Shown here: positions 26,500 through 40,000 of the stretch, piece after piece
Position numbering within the stretch: position 1 is the stretch's first letter
Layout of the letters: each line of letters starts with the position of its first letter
Assembly: GCA_964036045.1 (NCBI GenBank)
Contig: OZ038378.1
Location: forward strand, 20,708,001-20,772,000
Origin: Eutreptiella sp. 'Long Island Sound 2002'
Lineage: Eukaryota; Protista; Euglenida
Direction of reading: 5' to 3'
Length of the DNA stretch: 64,000 nucleotides
Program-made: the position numbers and the translations under genes
Notes under the pieces: model-generated
Told to the model about the DNA's origin: nothing
The model's database searches: none
The model's input: the letters and a program-made list of their open reading frames with translations, nothing else

Positions 26500-27239
26500 T
26501 GGTGTAGGGTGGGCCTAGCGAATGTGAGCATGCAGTTCAAGAAGGAGACAACCGAAGCAGCCCAAGAGGTAGAGGAAGGACTTCCACTCGTACTTTTCAT
26601 CGGTGTCAACTGGGAAGGAGTTCACAGGACGCAAAGGATTATTTGGCATACAAGATGTTATTTGCCTCTGTGGCGTTGCATCGACTTGTAGTTGTCTTGC
26701 TTGTGCATCGTTTGCTCGCGGCTGTCGGGGGAAGTCCTGGATGTCACACAGCAGTACTTGAAGTTCATGCACGGGGGGGACGTCTCCTTGGTCCCGGTAC
26801 GCGACTCCCCCCCCCCTCCCGGCCCTCCGGGCCCACTTAGTTACCAAGGGTCAATGGCTATGGGCCATACATAGGGTCGCGCCAAAGGCGCCCAAAAAAT
26901 TTGTCCACTTTGCTGGGGACCCCCGAGAATGCAAGGGTTAGGTAGCATTTCCGCCCACTTGCGGGCCCCCAAGAAGGCAGGGGTGAGATAGCCAATTTTG
27001 ATTTTGGGGTGGCCACTTTTGATCAGAGCTTACGAGCGCCAGATATCGCAAGACGAGGCGCTATACAAATGTCGTTTGTTGCGAGGTGCTTTCAGCGGAG
27101 ATGAGCAAGACAGGCCACTATACAAATGTCGTTTGTTGCTAGCTGAAGATCCTGCATTCGGAGCAAACCCCAGCCCGAGTGTAGCGCCAATTTCTTTCTG
27201 GGGCGAACACATTTGTTCAAACTTTATTTCTCTCTCCAA

Positions 27240-29236
27240 CGCTTTGTTGCGTGGCCCCTCGGGTTGGGGTTAGGGACTCACAATCCACGCTTCGGTGTGG
27301 CTCCTCGAGTTGGGGCTAGGGATTCACAATCCACGCTTTTTTGCTACGCCCCTCGAGTTGGGGTTAGGGATTCACGATCCACGCTTCGTTGCGTGGCCCT
27401 TCGAGTTGGGGTTAGGGATTCACCATCCACGCTTTTTTGCGTGGCCCCTCGAGTTGGGGTTAGGGATTCACAATCCACGCTTTTTTGTGTGGCCCTTCGA
27501 GTTGGGGTTAGGGACTCACAATCCACGCTTTTTTTGTGTGGCCCCTCGAGTTGGGGTTAGGGACTCACAATCCACGCTTTTTTGCGTGGCCCCTTCGAGT
27601 TGGGGTTAGGGGCTCACAATCCACGCTTTTTTGCGTGGCCCGTCGAGTTGGGGTTAGGGACTCACAATCCACGCTTCGGTGTGGCCCCTCGAGTTGGGGT
27701 TAGGAACTCACAATCCACGCTTTTTTGCGTGGCCCGTCGAGTTGGGGTTAGGGACTCACAATCCACGCTTCGTTGCGTGGCCCTTTCGAGTTGGGGTTAG
27801 GAACTCACAATCCACGCTTTTTTGCGTGGCCCCTCGAGTTGGGGTTAGGGATTCACAATCCACGCTTTTTTGTGTGGCCCCTCGAGTTGGGGTTAGGGAT
27901 TGACAATCCACGCTTTTTCGTGTGGCCCCTCGAGTTGGGGTTAGGGACCCACAATCCACGCTTTTTTGCGTGGCCCGTCGAGTTGGGGTTAGGGACTCAC
28001 AATCCACGCTTCGGTGTGGCCCCTTGAGTTGGGGTTAGGGACTCACAATCCACGCTTTGTTGTGTGGCACCTCGAGTTGGGGTTAGGGCTTCACAATCCA
28101 CGCTTCGTTGCGTGGCCCCTTCGAGTTGGGGTTAGGAACTCACGATCCATGCTTCAGTGTGGCCCTTCGAGTTGGGGTTAGGGACTCACAATCTACGCTT
28201 TTTGGCATGGCCCCTTCGAGTTGGGGTTAGGAACTCACGATCCATGCTTCAGTGTGGCCCCTCGAGTTGGGGTTAGGGACTCACAATCCACGCTTTTTTG
28301 CGTGGCCCCTCGAGTTGGGGTTAGGGATTCACAATCCACGCTTTTTTGTGTGGCCCCTCGAGTTGGGGTTAGGGATTCACAATCCACGCTTTTTTGTGTG
28401 GCCCTTCGAGTTGGGGTTAGGGACTCACAATCCACGCTTTTTTTGTGTGGCCCCTCGAGTTGGGGTTAGGGACTCACAATCCACGCTTCGTTGCGTGGCC
28501 CCTTCGAGTGGGGGTTAGGAACTCACAATCCACGCTTTTTTGCGTGGCCTCTCGAGTTGGGGTTAGGGACTCACAATCCACGCTTTTTGGTAGGGCCCCT
28601 TCGAGTGGGGGTTAGGGACTCACGATCCATGCTTCAGTGTGGCCCCTCGAGTTGGGGTTAGGGATTCACAATCCGCCCTTTTTTGCGTGGCCCCTCGAGT
28701 TGGGGTTAGAGACTCACAATCCACGCTTTTTTGCTACGCCCCTTCGAGTTGGGGTTAGGGATTCACAATCTACGCTTCGGTGTGGCCCCTTGAGTTGGGG
28801 TTAGGGACTCACAATCCACGCTTCAGTGTGGCCCCTTCGATTGGGGGCTAGGGATGCACAATCCACGCTTTTTTGCTACGCCCCTCGAGTTGGGGTTAGG
28901 GATTCACAATCCACGCTTTTTTGCGTGGCTCCTCGATTTGGGGTTAGGGATTCACAATCCACGCTTCGGTGTGGCCCCTCGAGTTGGGGTTAGGGATTCA
29001 TAATCCACGCTTCTTTGCGTGGCTCCTCGAGTTGGGGGTAGGGATTCACAATCTATGCTTTTTTGTGTGGCCCCTCGAGTTGGGGTTAGGGACTCACAAT
29101 CCACGCTTCAGTGTGGCCCCTTCGAGTTGGGGCTAGGGATTCACAATCCACGCCTTTTTGCTACGCCCCTCGAGTTGGGGTTAGGGACTCACAATCCACG
29201 CTTTTTTGCGTGGCCCCTCGAGTTGGGGTTAGAGAC
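27240..29236. repeat. Tandem satellite, ~48-bp unit, roughly 40 copies; consensus CGAGTTGGGGTTAGGGA(C/T)TCACAATCCACGCTTTTTTGCGTGGCCCCT
   Basis: Directly visible head-to-tail array with a period of 47-50 bp and no unique spacers. Confidence 0.98.
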
Positions 29237-32200
29237 CCAGAATCCCCCCCTCCCTGGGGGCCTTCGGCCCACTTCTACTATGGGGGGAGGGGTCGCGTAC
29301 AGAAGCGAGGAAATGTCCCCCTCCGTGAGTGCATGGTGTCTGCAAACAAAGGCAGCAAGGTCGTTTTTCAGGCGCTCAGAACAAGTTTCAATGTAGTCTT
29401 GGAGTAATTGTTGTTGAGGTCTTAGTGCCGACGGATTCGTAAGTTGCAGCGGGATTGGTCTGCTGTCTCCTGCAGAGGACAGATGAGGTGCCGCGCCAAA
29501 GCGGGCAAATTGAGAATTCCGGCTCATTCTGGAATTTAGGGGGTGGCTGGCTTATACGCGCAAATTTGATTCAATTTAATTTAATTCGATACATTATTGT
29601 AGTTTGTGCCACAGATGATGAAAGCGCGACCAACAACATTTGGACAAGATTCCAGGAGAAATTCAAAACCGCGAATCTATGAACCAGTAACCTTCCAACA
29701 AATGCTCACTACAAAGAAGAGAGCATTATTGAAACATAGGATTAGACTCCAAGGTCTAACTCCTTATAGCTTCTTTACTGTTAACCGGCCAAGTGACTAC
29801 ATGACCGAGTGGTATTCAGGGCCCATAATGTACATCTCTGGGACCATGTAAAACCACTATCCTATACACTTGGCAAACTTGGTTCCAATGGCTTGGATAG
29901 GTTATAGAAAATACCAAAACAGGTTTGAATACCCGAAGTATAATCATTGGGGAGGTCTTGGTTCAAAGACCCAAAAGAATCAGCTAGATGAAATGAGCAC
30001 ACAAAATTTGAAATCTGCAAAAAGTTATAGAGAATGCAATGAAGAATACAAAATTTCATGTGGTCACCTCTGGGCCACGGCCAAGGTACGCCACAGGTCA
30101 GTTTTGGGCAAATCGTTTGTCCATGGCATGGCACCAGTGTCTACGTGTCATATTTGGGTCATAGGACTCTTGGCCTATCCTTGAAGGATCGGTCCAAGTC
30201 CATATATCAATTCAATTTTGACCTCATTTCTGAGTCCTGAATGTATGCATCAGACCTTTTTGAGGTCTCCAAAACTGACCTCAAAAATCGGGTATTGCTC
30301 TTTGCTGCCTTGCTCCAACCACAGGGGGAGGTGGTTCCAAGTCTTCAGTGACAATCATTTCTTTTCGGAATCCTTGGTGCATGCACTTCCTTGGACCTTA
30401 GGCTAAGCTTATGTTGGAGTTGTTTGAAGTCTTTTTTCTCTTGTTTTTCACATATGCGACTTTCACCAAAGTGCGCAGCCTACCAGACTTCTTACAGTGT
30501 CATGACATCGGAGAGACAGACTCGGATATCCGGTTGGCATAATGTTGGACTGATGCTTTTTAATTGGATGTGCATGCATGGAATCCTTCGAATCCCCTGT
30601 GCAACGGCGGGAGAAGTGTTGAAGTGGATAACCTCTGATTTTTAGTTTTGCCTATTTTTGTGCCTTGTTTCCATGCTAGGTCTCAAAGCCCGGAGCCCGT
30701 GTGGAGTTGGGTCATGCCCCTCTACCTGTGTCATGGTGAAGGTCTTGGCTACCCTGAACTACCCTTGTTTCGTTTTGGGATATGGGATCTTGAGGTTGTA
30801 GGGGTGATATACCACATTACCCCCCTGTCAACAGAATTTCGGGGGCCTAAGTCTTATAGGCACCCGGGACCACCACCACCCCTACGGTGGTGTGGTGGGG
30901 CTATCTCCTCATCCAAAGAAAGTTGATTTGGGACTGTTGGGCAGGATGGATAATGAGTGTGTAGGCACTAGATTCCCACTTCTGGGATATTGTAGTGCCG
31001 GAGGTGGAGAGTAACAACCCCATCCGACAGGATAGGCGTTGACAGCCAATGAGCCTTACCCATGTCTTGTAATTTTGAATGTTTTATTCTTCCTCTCTGG
31101 GGATCGTGAATCAAGCTACCCAGTATGTGCTGAGTGGGAGAGTGGGCTCCCTTTGCCCCCCCCCTCTCCTCCTTTTGATGCCTCTTCTTTTTGTCATTTC
31201 TAATTATTCTTGTACCTTACCCTAACCAGGATATGGTTTGGAGGTTTTACATATCTTTGTGTCCATACTTTGTTCACACTGCTTTAGACCACAAGGGATC
31301 TGCTTTCAACTTGCAATCCCGATGGTTCTTGTTCATGTTTACTTTGACGTGACGCGGATGTGATCGCGTTTGACTTGTGCATGCGCGTGGAAGGGGAGCT
31401 GAGAGGGTCAAAATGTGGCAACGGGGCCATCAATCAGTCGCACGCTTAGTTGTAAAACGATTTCAGTTGTAGGTGAAGTTGTACAAAAGTTTTGATTTAT
31501 GCACTGTGCTACAACACTCTCTATAAGCGCCAAAACAATAGACACCCTCAAAGTGTGCTGAAAATATTCAACATTTTGAATTCGTACCTATACAAAAAGA
31601 ACGGACATGGTATCTACTACTGACACAAACAGTCTTTGTTTGTTTTAAAAAAATCAGCTCGTTGTTCCAAGGGCTTCCAAAAGCCCCACTGCAAAGAGTG
31701 TTTACAAAACAGAATATGTCCTTGAAGAGCCTGGCAGGCTGGGTGGCACACATCAGAGCAAAAGCACTAACCAGAATATCTTTCACCGAAGGAAACAAAC
31801 TCACTGCAAAATTCACCTAGTATGTACAAACCTCAGTTTTGTGAATAGTGTAACTAACTTCATTCATGCTTATTCGCTTAGTTCTCTGAAATCTCCAGCC
31901 CAAAGCACTGCACAGTTTTACAAATAGGACAAGGGGATTTGCAAATCATACATAGCACTATATGCGCATTCATATGGCTCCAACAACTGCAAAGCAGCAC
32001 ACGAACGCAGCAACAATTGGTTCCGGCGAACGGTGAAGCGCTCTCTGCAAAAATATGTCATATATCATGTGTTAACCTGATGTTTCAAAAATGCATACGG
32101 TCAACCAATCTACACGAAACCAAAGCAAACCCGTCAACCAGAGCCCAAAGCAAAACAACTCTAGTGTGTTGCATACAAGTTTTGGGACGAATATGTCAAT

Positions 32201-32249
32201 TTGACATGCGTAATCATTCAGTACATGGCCGTCTCATCACACACAAAAT

Positions 32250-33166
32250 AAACAGTTACTTGGCAAAACAGCTCCAAGACACTTTTCAGCTGCCGAATCG
32301 AGGATGCTTCTAGCTCAACTCCAGGACGCAGTGCATCTATCCGCACCATGGCCTCTGACAGCCCACTTGATACTGCCGCCGAGCCAAGGACACGAAGACA
32401 ACACCAAGAACTCCGTGATCTGCGTCGTCCCCCAATCCCACTCTTACATCTCACTTGAGTGCACTCGAAGGCAACAGACCTCAGTGTTTGCACCGACGCA
32501 TCCATTTCACGAATGCCACGAACAATTTGAACTTCAACATCCACTAAAGTGTTTGCCGAAGCTCTACGAGCGAAAGTCTGCACAAACTTGATGAGAGAAA
32601 AAACAAACGCGAGTGTAAGATGGGCGTTAGTAGCGTTGCACTGCGCCAACTAGCAATCCTGCCGACTTTGACCCCGGCGTGTCTTCAAAATGCTCCTTGG
32701 CCCGCAGCGCTTGATCCGACTGCCTCCGGCAATCCTTCAAGCTCTCGTGCTCTTGCTGCAACGGTGTCGCAAGTTCAGTGACTAAACCTTGGAGTGTGAT
32801 CCTCCTTTTTGAAAAGCGCGCCTCCAACACCTTTTAACTCCGAGCATGCTCCGTATTGCATGCCGCACCATCCTGCTGCAACATTGCAACCCGAACCGAT
32901 AGTCGCTCACGTTGCTGACCCGTGTGATTCAGCCAAACCTGTACCTTATTGACACAAGCACACGCACTCGCAGTTGTTGCATTGTCACAAGTTTTCTGTT
33001 CATTCAGAAAACCATTGTCTTTCTGCAAACTCTTCGTAACGTGCTGCAATTCGTTCTTCAAGTCCTCACGCTGTCGCCGATGACGGCGACACCTTTCGAA
33101 CACCTTGGCAGCACTCTTTTTCCTGTCTGTGTCGCTGTTGAAGAATTCATAATTCATGGCGGGCAA
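32250..33166 (-). pseudogene. Fragmented coiled-coil-like coding remnant
   Basis: ORFs 32834-33166 and 32627-32830 are the same frame, separated by a single TAA. Further exon-like helical text lies at 32250-32580, with plausible GTGAGA and GTAACT donors. No family recognised. Confidence 0.3.
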
Positions 33167-34267
33167 CTAGGCTCAAACGAACAACACAACGAGACACACA
33201 CCCACCAACTATACGCAAACTTCAGCAAATGCTGATGGCTGCAATCTTGTAATGATGGTAACTCCAAACCCAAATCCCACTGAGCTAAAAGAACTTCATC
33301 TCCATGGGGATTCAATCTCAGCCATAGTGTGAGATTGTAATACATCTGTGGAACACAGAGCGTGCAATACAATACAATAGACTCAAGCACTTTTACTTCA
33401 TAAGAAAGCACGTGTAAGTTGTGCTCTACCTATCTCGCTGCACGCATGTGCTCAGTTCGAATACAGCTCCACAGCCGGATGCTCTACGATGACTTTGTAA
33501 AACAAAGTTGTGGTCCGTGTTGAACAAGAATGGATTGGTAGTGCAGGCGGCTCCAGCACAGTTGCATTAAATTCCACTAAGACCTTGTTTAACATAATTT
33601 TGGGAGGGAGTTCGGAGTAGGGGAGAGGATTAAGGGGTACCCACCATAAACAAAAATGAGGTCTCCCACATTGAAAAAGGGCCATTTCCATTACAACAGC
33701 CTCATTGGGATACACAACACAAGCACAACATAAAAAAGCCAAGACCAACTATGCACAGCACACGTACATGTGGACCCACTACGGTCCTACCGATCACACC
33801 TCTGGGACCGCTATCAGTCAAAACCCAGAGGGTGGGTATAAAACTGCAGGCTGTCAATCACAGTAGGACCATCCAATACCCCCCCCCCCCCTTATCGAGC
33901 CCTATTGGGGTCTCTGGTGTCAAGAACACCACCGGGTATTGGCCACGCCGGCCCATGCTCTGTCCCGGTGCAGTCCCCCCCTACTTGTGTCAATTAAAGG
34001 TTGCAATGAAATGCCTTCAACCCCCCAGCCCCAAAACCTCCGGTGCCGACAGGACCAGGCTTCGTTTGTAAGAGGGGGGGGGGGGTGTTTTGGACAAGAC
34101 CCACCCACCCAACTTTGGACCCACCCAGACCCCCCCCCCTCTTATAATTCTGTGGGGAGCAGTTTTTGTAAACCAACTTGGCTACATGACCCTGCCTTTG
34201 CAAATTAATTTCATGATGAGCCATGGGAAAAAAAGGGGGAAACAGCTCCACCGCTTTTGCGCAATGA

Positions 34268-34352
34268 CAGGTATATGCCAACCAGAGGAATTGAACCCAG
34301 GATCTTTCAGTTGTGCATCAGTGTTCCACCAACTAGGATACTGCACATCTTT
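34268..34352 (-). repeat. tRNA-derived (SINE-head-like) relic
   Basis: The minus strand reads GTATCCTAGTTGGTGGAAC (A-box-like) then GGGTTCAATTCC (B-box), but the stems do not pair as a full cloverleaf. Confidence 0.4.
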
Positions 34353-36361
34353 GACAAGCACACGGTCAGAAATGAGATAATTATTTTGGGATGACTGGAA
34401 AAATGCCCATTTTTGTGCATTTTTAAATTCTCCTGAAAATTCGAAGTATATGGAGTATAAACACATGGAATTATAAGAGGGGGGGGGTCCAAAGTTTTAG
34501 ACCCACCCACCTGGCTGAAGACCCACCCACCCAGACCCCCCCCCCCATTGCAACTTAATTCTTATAAACGAAGCCTGGACAGGGCCCACCCCTTGCGGCA
34601 CGGCCGTGAGTCAACATGGCCCATGTTCGGCCCCAATTTAGGGACCCCATCGCCCCGCTCCCACCCACACCAAGCCCTCGAGCTGAGCCAGCCCCAAAAT
34701 GCGGGCCAAGGGGTCTTGAAGCCCGAGGATGTTCTCAGGGCCTACAAACCCCTGCCCCATCCCCTCGCCGACCATGCCCCACCACTGCCTTGTCCCTGTC
34801 GGGATCCCGAATTGAGCTAGACACAGTCTGGCCATCATTGCACGCGGCCCTTGCCCATGGTTGCGTAGGAGGCCTACCGGTTGCTGCTGGCTAACCTCAC
34901 CTCACCCCCTGTGCAGGCACTATGTTGTCTGAATGACACCGGGGGTTCTCGGAAAGCCCCAGATATGTGCACGCAAGCGAACAACACGACAGATGTCCTG
35001 TGAACGAAGGGCTCTTTGTACATTTGAGTGGTCAGTCATGGTCAGAGGCATAGTTTGTCTTTCGTCTACCGAGTGGGAACTCGGAAGCAATAATTATGGC
35101 ACAACACAGAACGGCCTTCAGGAAGTTCATCAGCCCGTAGTCTTGTTCAATAAGGCGGCTGCAATCGATTGCAGTAATGAGGGCCGGGCAGGCAATAAGG
35201 ACGAAACAGAAATAAATATGCTCCATGGGCATGGGCAATTGGTGTTTGCCGAATGATGCTTCAGGCAGGTCATCGGCATGACGGCTGCTGATATACAGTA
35301 TGGGGGTTACTGGGGGTTTCGAAACCCAGAACATGGGGCTAGAGCACAGGGGGATATGGGCAGGAGATAGAAGCGTAGGATGTGGAGGGTTTGGGGAACA
35401 GGTTATGGTAACTACCGGAGGAGAAGTCTGTGCGACTGTGTGTTGTTCTTTTTTTTTTTTAGCAGGCATTGGGGGATTTGGAGTGCGACAAGCGACTCGT
35501 GGCATCGACCACAGCACATCTTGCAGCGCTGCCACTGGCAGTCGCCTGTCGTGGCTCGTCATGGGCAGGGCAGCGGTATGAGGTCGCTGCACGGACCTTT
35601 ATGAGGCGTCGGGGGGGTGAGGGGTTCATAGAGTAAAACAAAACCCCCGCTCAGTGTTTCCCCAAACTTCCGCAGACACCCCCCCCCCCCCGCGCACACA
35701 CACACTCGCCCCCCGGGGGCTGTGAAAAACATGTGAAACTTGGACAGACGTACAGAGCCACACCCATTCTACACAAAAAGTCAGCACCGCCAGGGATGCG
35801 GCCAGACTTTCCTGAACACTGAAGATTGAAACAAACTCCGGCTTCAGATACGCTGCCGCCCAGAAAAGCCGGTAGTCGAATCCACCAACTGGCCTCAAAA
35901 TACCGTCGTTAATCGTCCAACCGCAATTCAATGGCGGTCTGCAAATGGCAAATTCGCAATTGGCCTTACGGCTAATGGCCAACGGACAGCACTTGTTGGC
36001 GGTCTTTCTGTCGATGGGCGTAAGTTGCCGATAGTTCCACCTGCAGTTCAAGACCCCCCGTTGGTGTGGCGGGTTGAGGTGGCCCTCATCCAACAATCGA
36101 AAAACAATTGAGGGACAGCCCTGCGTCGTGGGCAGTGGAAGACGCAGAGAAGGGGGAAGCGCAGACAGGTACATGCAAATATTGGGGGAAGCAACGCGCG
36201 GGGAAGGGGAGGTAGGGGGGTCACAGACCACACTGGCCTGTTGTGGAGCAGGGGACACCACACGTGGGCGTACCGAGGGTCAAGAAGGCAGCGTAAAGCA
36301 CCAGACAGCCGGTGCGCGACAGCGGTTCAGCGATGGCTGTTGGCACTTACCCGACGGCGGT

Positions 36362-36683
36362 TGGCAGACAGACAGACAGACAGACAGACAGACACAGACA
36401 CACACACACACACAAACTCTCTCTCTCGCTCGCTCGCTCGCTCGCTCGCTGTCTCTGCACACAAAGGTGCGGAATAGCACGCAGAGAGCAAGAGCCATAA
36501 ATGAACTGAGCCTTCGTGCGCGCACGCGCACGCTGAAGGCCGCAAGAAACGCCAACAAGAGCAAAAAAAGCCGTTGGAGAGAGAGAGAGAGAGAGAGCGT
36601 ACAGGACAGCCCTGGACGTGTCGCGTTAAAACAAGTAACCACTCAGAAAAACGCACACCCACGAACCCGCACCCACCCACCCA

Positions 36684-36723
<40 letters not shown>

Positions 36724-36730
36724 AAGTGTG
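36362..36730. repeat. Compound microsatellites (CAGA)n, (CA)n, (CT)n, (CGCT)n, (GA)n
   Basis: Directly visible at 36362-36450, 36575-36600 and 36670-36730. Confidence 0.95.
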
Positions 36731-37015
36731 TGTAAGTGTGACACTCAACAGCAACAGGCTGCCCCACCAAGTGCTCGCCAAGCGCGAGCAAAATCAGGTA
36801 TCGGGGGCGCGAGGGAGAGCAATGCACGGAGGTTAGAGAATGTCAGATAACCGCCGCCTCTCAATAGCTTTGATGACAATGCCAAAGCGCTGCAGCTTCG
36901 GGAAACAGGACGGGGACTGGAGCGGGTGACGGGAGGCAGCAGATTCGGGGTCTGTGCTGCGAGGACTTGACGCGGCGGCCGCCCTGGCCCCCACGACCGC
37001 AGTGCAGGACCCCGG

Positions 37016-40000
37016 CTACGCCTCCCGCATCGCGTCATCAAGGGACTGGAGGGGGCTGGCGAAGGGGCTTGGCGGCACGGCCGTCCTGATATTGGGGCTG
37101 TGGGTCAGCAGGTGGGCCTTCTGGGCCTCCTGCTGCATCTCCATGATCTTGTCGTGCCACACCGCCAGGGCCCCCATCGAGTACGACATGATGTCCATCA
37201 GATCGGAGCTGATGGCGGTGCTGCGGTCCTTCTCCTTCGCCCCCGGAGGCAGGGCCACCAGGCGATTGGTCGCGGGGCCCGGGGGCGGGGCCTGAGGCCC
37301 GGGATCCATCGGCGCCAACCGCGGCAGAGGCCCACTGGGCGCCGGGCGCCGCCGGGGGCCCGTGGGGCCCATGAACCGCTGCTGCCGATCGCGGGCGGCG
37401 ACCGACCAGTGCGGTCCGGAGTCCAGCGGCGACGGCGGCCCGGAGCCCATGCCGCTCGGCAGTGAGGGCAGGCGGGGCCGCAGAGACTTCAGCGCCCCGT
37501 CGATGCGGCCGCTGTCCAGGACACTGTCCAGCCTCGAGGGGGGGTCCCACGCGCCCATCCGATGCAGCTTCGTGTAGATCGCCGTCCCCAACTCGTCGAT
37601 GATGTCACGCAGGCCCGAGAACGCCTCCAGCTCAATGCTCGTCCGGGCCTCGAACTCTTCCTCCGGAAGCTCCGCCAAAGCGATCTTTGCGTTCACATAG
37701 GCCATCTTCATGGGATCCGCCACGAGCCTGTGCGATCGGAGGGAATCAGCTGCGGCCGCCCGTCACACTACGGAGTCTTAATACACGGCGTGCTACGTGC
37801 CCGACGGCTATTGGCCGACGGCGGTTGGCTGGTCAGCAACGGTGGGGCAACGCAACCGAACGTGGACCCAACCTCCAGCGGGTTGAATGCCTGGGCCCTA
37901 TTGGGGAAGCGGGGCGGTATCACGACCATTCAACCAACTGGTACGGCGGTGCAGATTAGCCGATGGCCGTTGGCACTTAACCGACCGTTGGCGGTTAGCC
38001 GGCGGTTGATACGGAATGTGGCAGGATGGGCTGGAATCAAACGGCCTCCCGGGCGCCCATTCAACAACGAACTACAGTGTCTGGGGAACGGCGGGAGGGA
38101 GTAGGCCACAAGGGCCAGAAGGGAAGCAGGGAAGGCAAGGGCCAGAGACCTGCTGTTGGACAGCGACGCCTCCTCCTTCGTGATATCATTGGACTCGTTG
38201 AGGCTGATTTGGCTCAAGGACAACTGGTCTTGCCCACTGGAAATGGGCGTCAGTCGGCCTGAGGCCGGACGCCCTGCCAAGCCCCTGGCCCCCTTCAGCG
38301 GCGGGGGCTGCGAGTGTAGGCGGCTCAGCTCCGCCCCAATCGCGTCCTTCAGATACTCACGGGCCTGCGTCTGCATCATCGTGATACCGGTCCGCTCTGA
38401 GGCTTCCGCGCGCACCAGCAGCTGCAGGGAGAGCTCCTTGCGGCCCTCCACCACACGGACCATGAGCTGCACGGTCTCATCGCCACACGTCAGACTCAAC
38501 GTCTCCCGCGCCTGTGCAAGACATTAGGGAACGTAGCACACCGCCACGCCGTTGCCGTTGGCTTCGGCTTCGAGCAAGTGCGCACGCGCGCGCACAGTGC
38601 GTGGTCCACCCAGTGGGCGAAAACTGAGAGTCGCGCCGTTTACCAGCCCCATTCAGACCTCATGGGCGAGGCTGACACCTGTTGCTCAAGGGATTCCAGC
38701 TGCTGCTGCTCCTTCCGCTGGATGCGCTGCGCAGTGAGGACACCCGACTCCATAAATTGGGCGTGCACTCGGTCTTCGTGGCCCCGCAGGGCCTGCCGCT
38801 CGGTGTGCTCCAGGTCCATCAGGGAGTTGTACTCGGTGTTGATCTGTGCAAAACTCTCCATCGTGAGCACTCGGTACGTCTCGCTCTGCTCCAGATACTC
38901 GGCGTAGAAGGCATGGTCCTGTGAAGGAGGGAGGGGCTATTTGGGAGAGAGGAGCTGTGAGATAGGCAGGGCATCTACATCCCCACCCACCCACCCACCC
39001 ATCCGGCGACCGACCACCCCCTCGGGGGGCGGGGGTTGGGCGGGTTGAGACAACTGATGTGGTTTGTCTCACACGTACCTGCCCTCACGACGAGACCGAA
39101 AACTGTTTGCCACCGTCAGACGAAGGGTCTGTGTGAAGGGCAAAGGCTGTGTGAGAGGCAGGGGCACTGCGAGAAGCGGAGCTGTGCCGAGACAAGTGTG
39201 AAAGAGGCTGCGTGAGATGCACCTGCTATGCGAATGGCACAGGCTGTGTGGGTGTTGGCACCTTGTGCGCCACTGCACAAGACTGCCAACGCTGTGCCGG
39301 CATTCTATGCCCACTACACGGGACTGCTGCTGCTCCGCAGGCTCTTTGCCCTACTGCACAGGGACGCCTCCGGCCTGCTGGCACCCTGTGTACCGGCACA
39401 GGACTACCACCACCCCGGGGTATCCTGAGCACGCCTGTATATGGGTGTGAGATGCAGAGGTTGTGTGAGAGGCAGAGGTTGTGTGAGAGGCAGAGGTCAT
39501 GTGACAGGCAGGGGCTTTGCGACCTTGGCAATGGCGTCCCATTCCTTCTGCTCTTCGCTGAGGGTCTGTGCCCGGGCAAAGCTCTCCATATCCTCTGTAG
39601 ATCTCTTCTGCTGCACGACCTCCTCCAAGCGACAGCTCCGCATGAGAAAGTCAATGTGCTTCGTAAGGAGGAGGTTGTGGGTCTCAAGGTCCGGGGAAAA
39701 GAACTCCTCGTCCACCAGCTCCCTCAGCGCCATCTCCTGCATCTCCAGCGCCATCAGCTGCAGCCACAGCACCTCCCCGCCCGCCTTCCGGAACTGGTCC
39801 ATCAGCGCCCCGCGCTCGCCCTCTTGCCGCGCGGCCACATCCTTGCGATACGTGCGCTCGTCCTCCGCCAGGCCCTTGCAGTTCGCCATCCACTGCATCG
39901 TCGTGCGGTGCCGCCAGGTCCTCTCGGCGTCCAGCATGCACTTGCGCCGGGCGCACCGCCGCCGGCCCATCACCCCTCGCCACACCCTCTGGACCTGCAC

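Noticed and set aside
27240-29236. Regular repeats with hairpins considered as a CRISPR array
   Set aside because: Units are head-to-tail with no unique spacers, no cas genes are present, and the context is eukaryotic.
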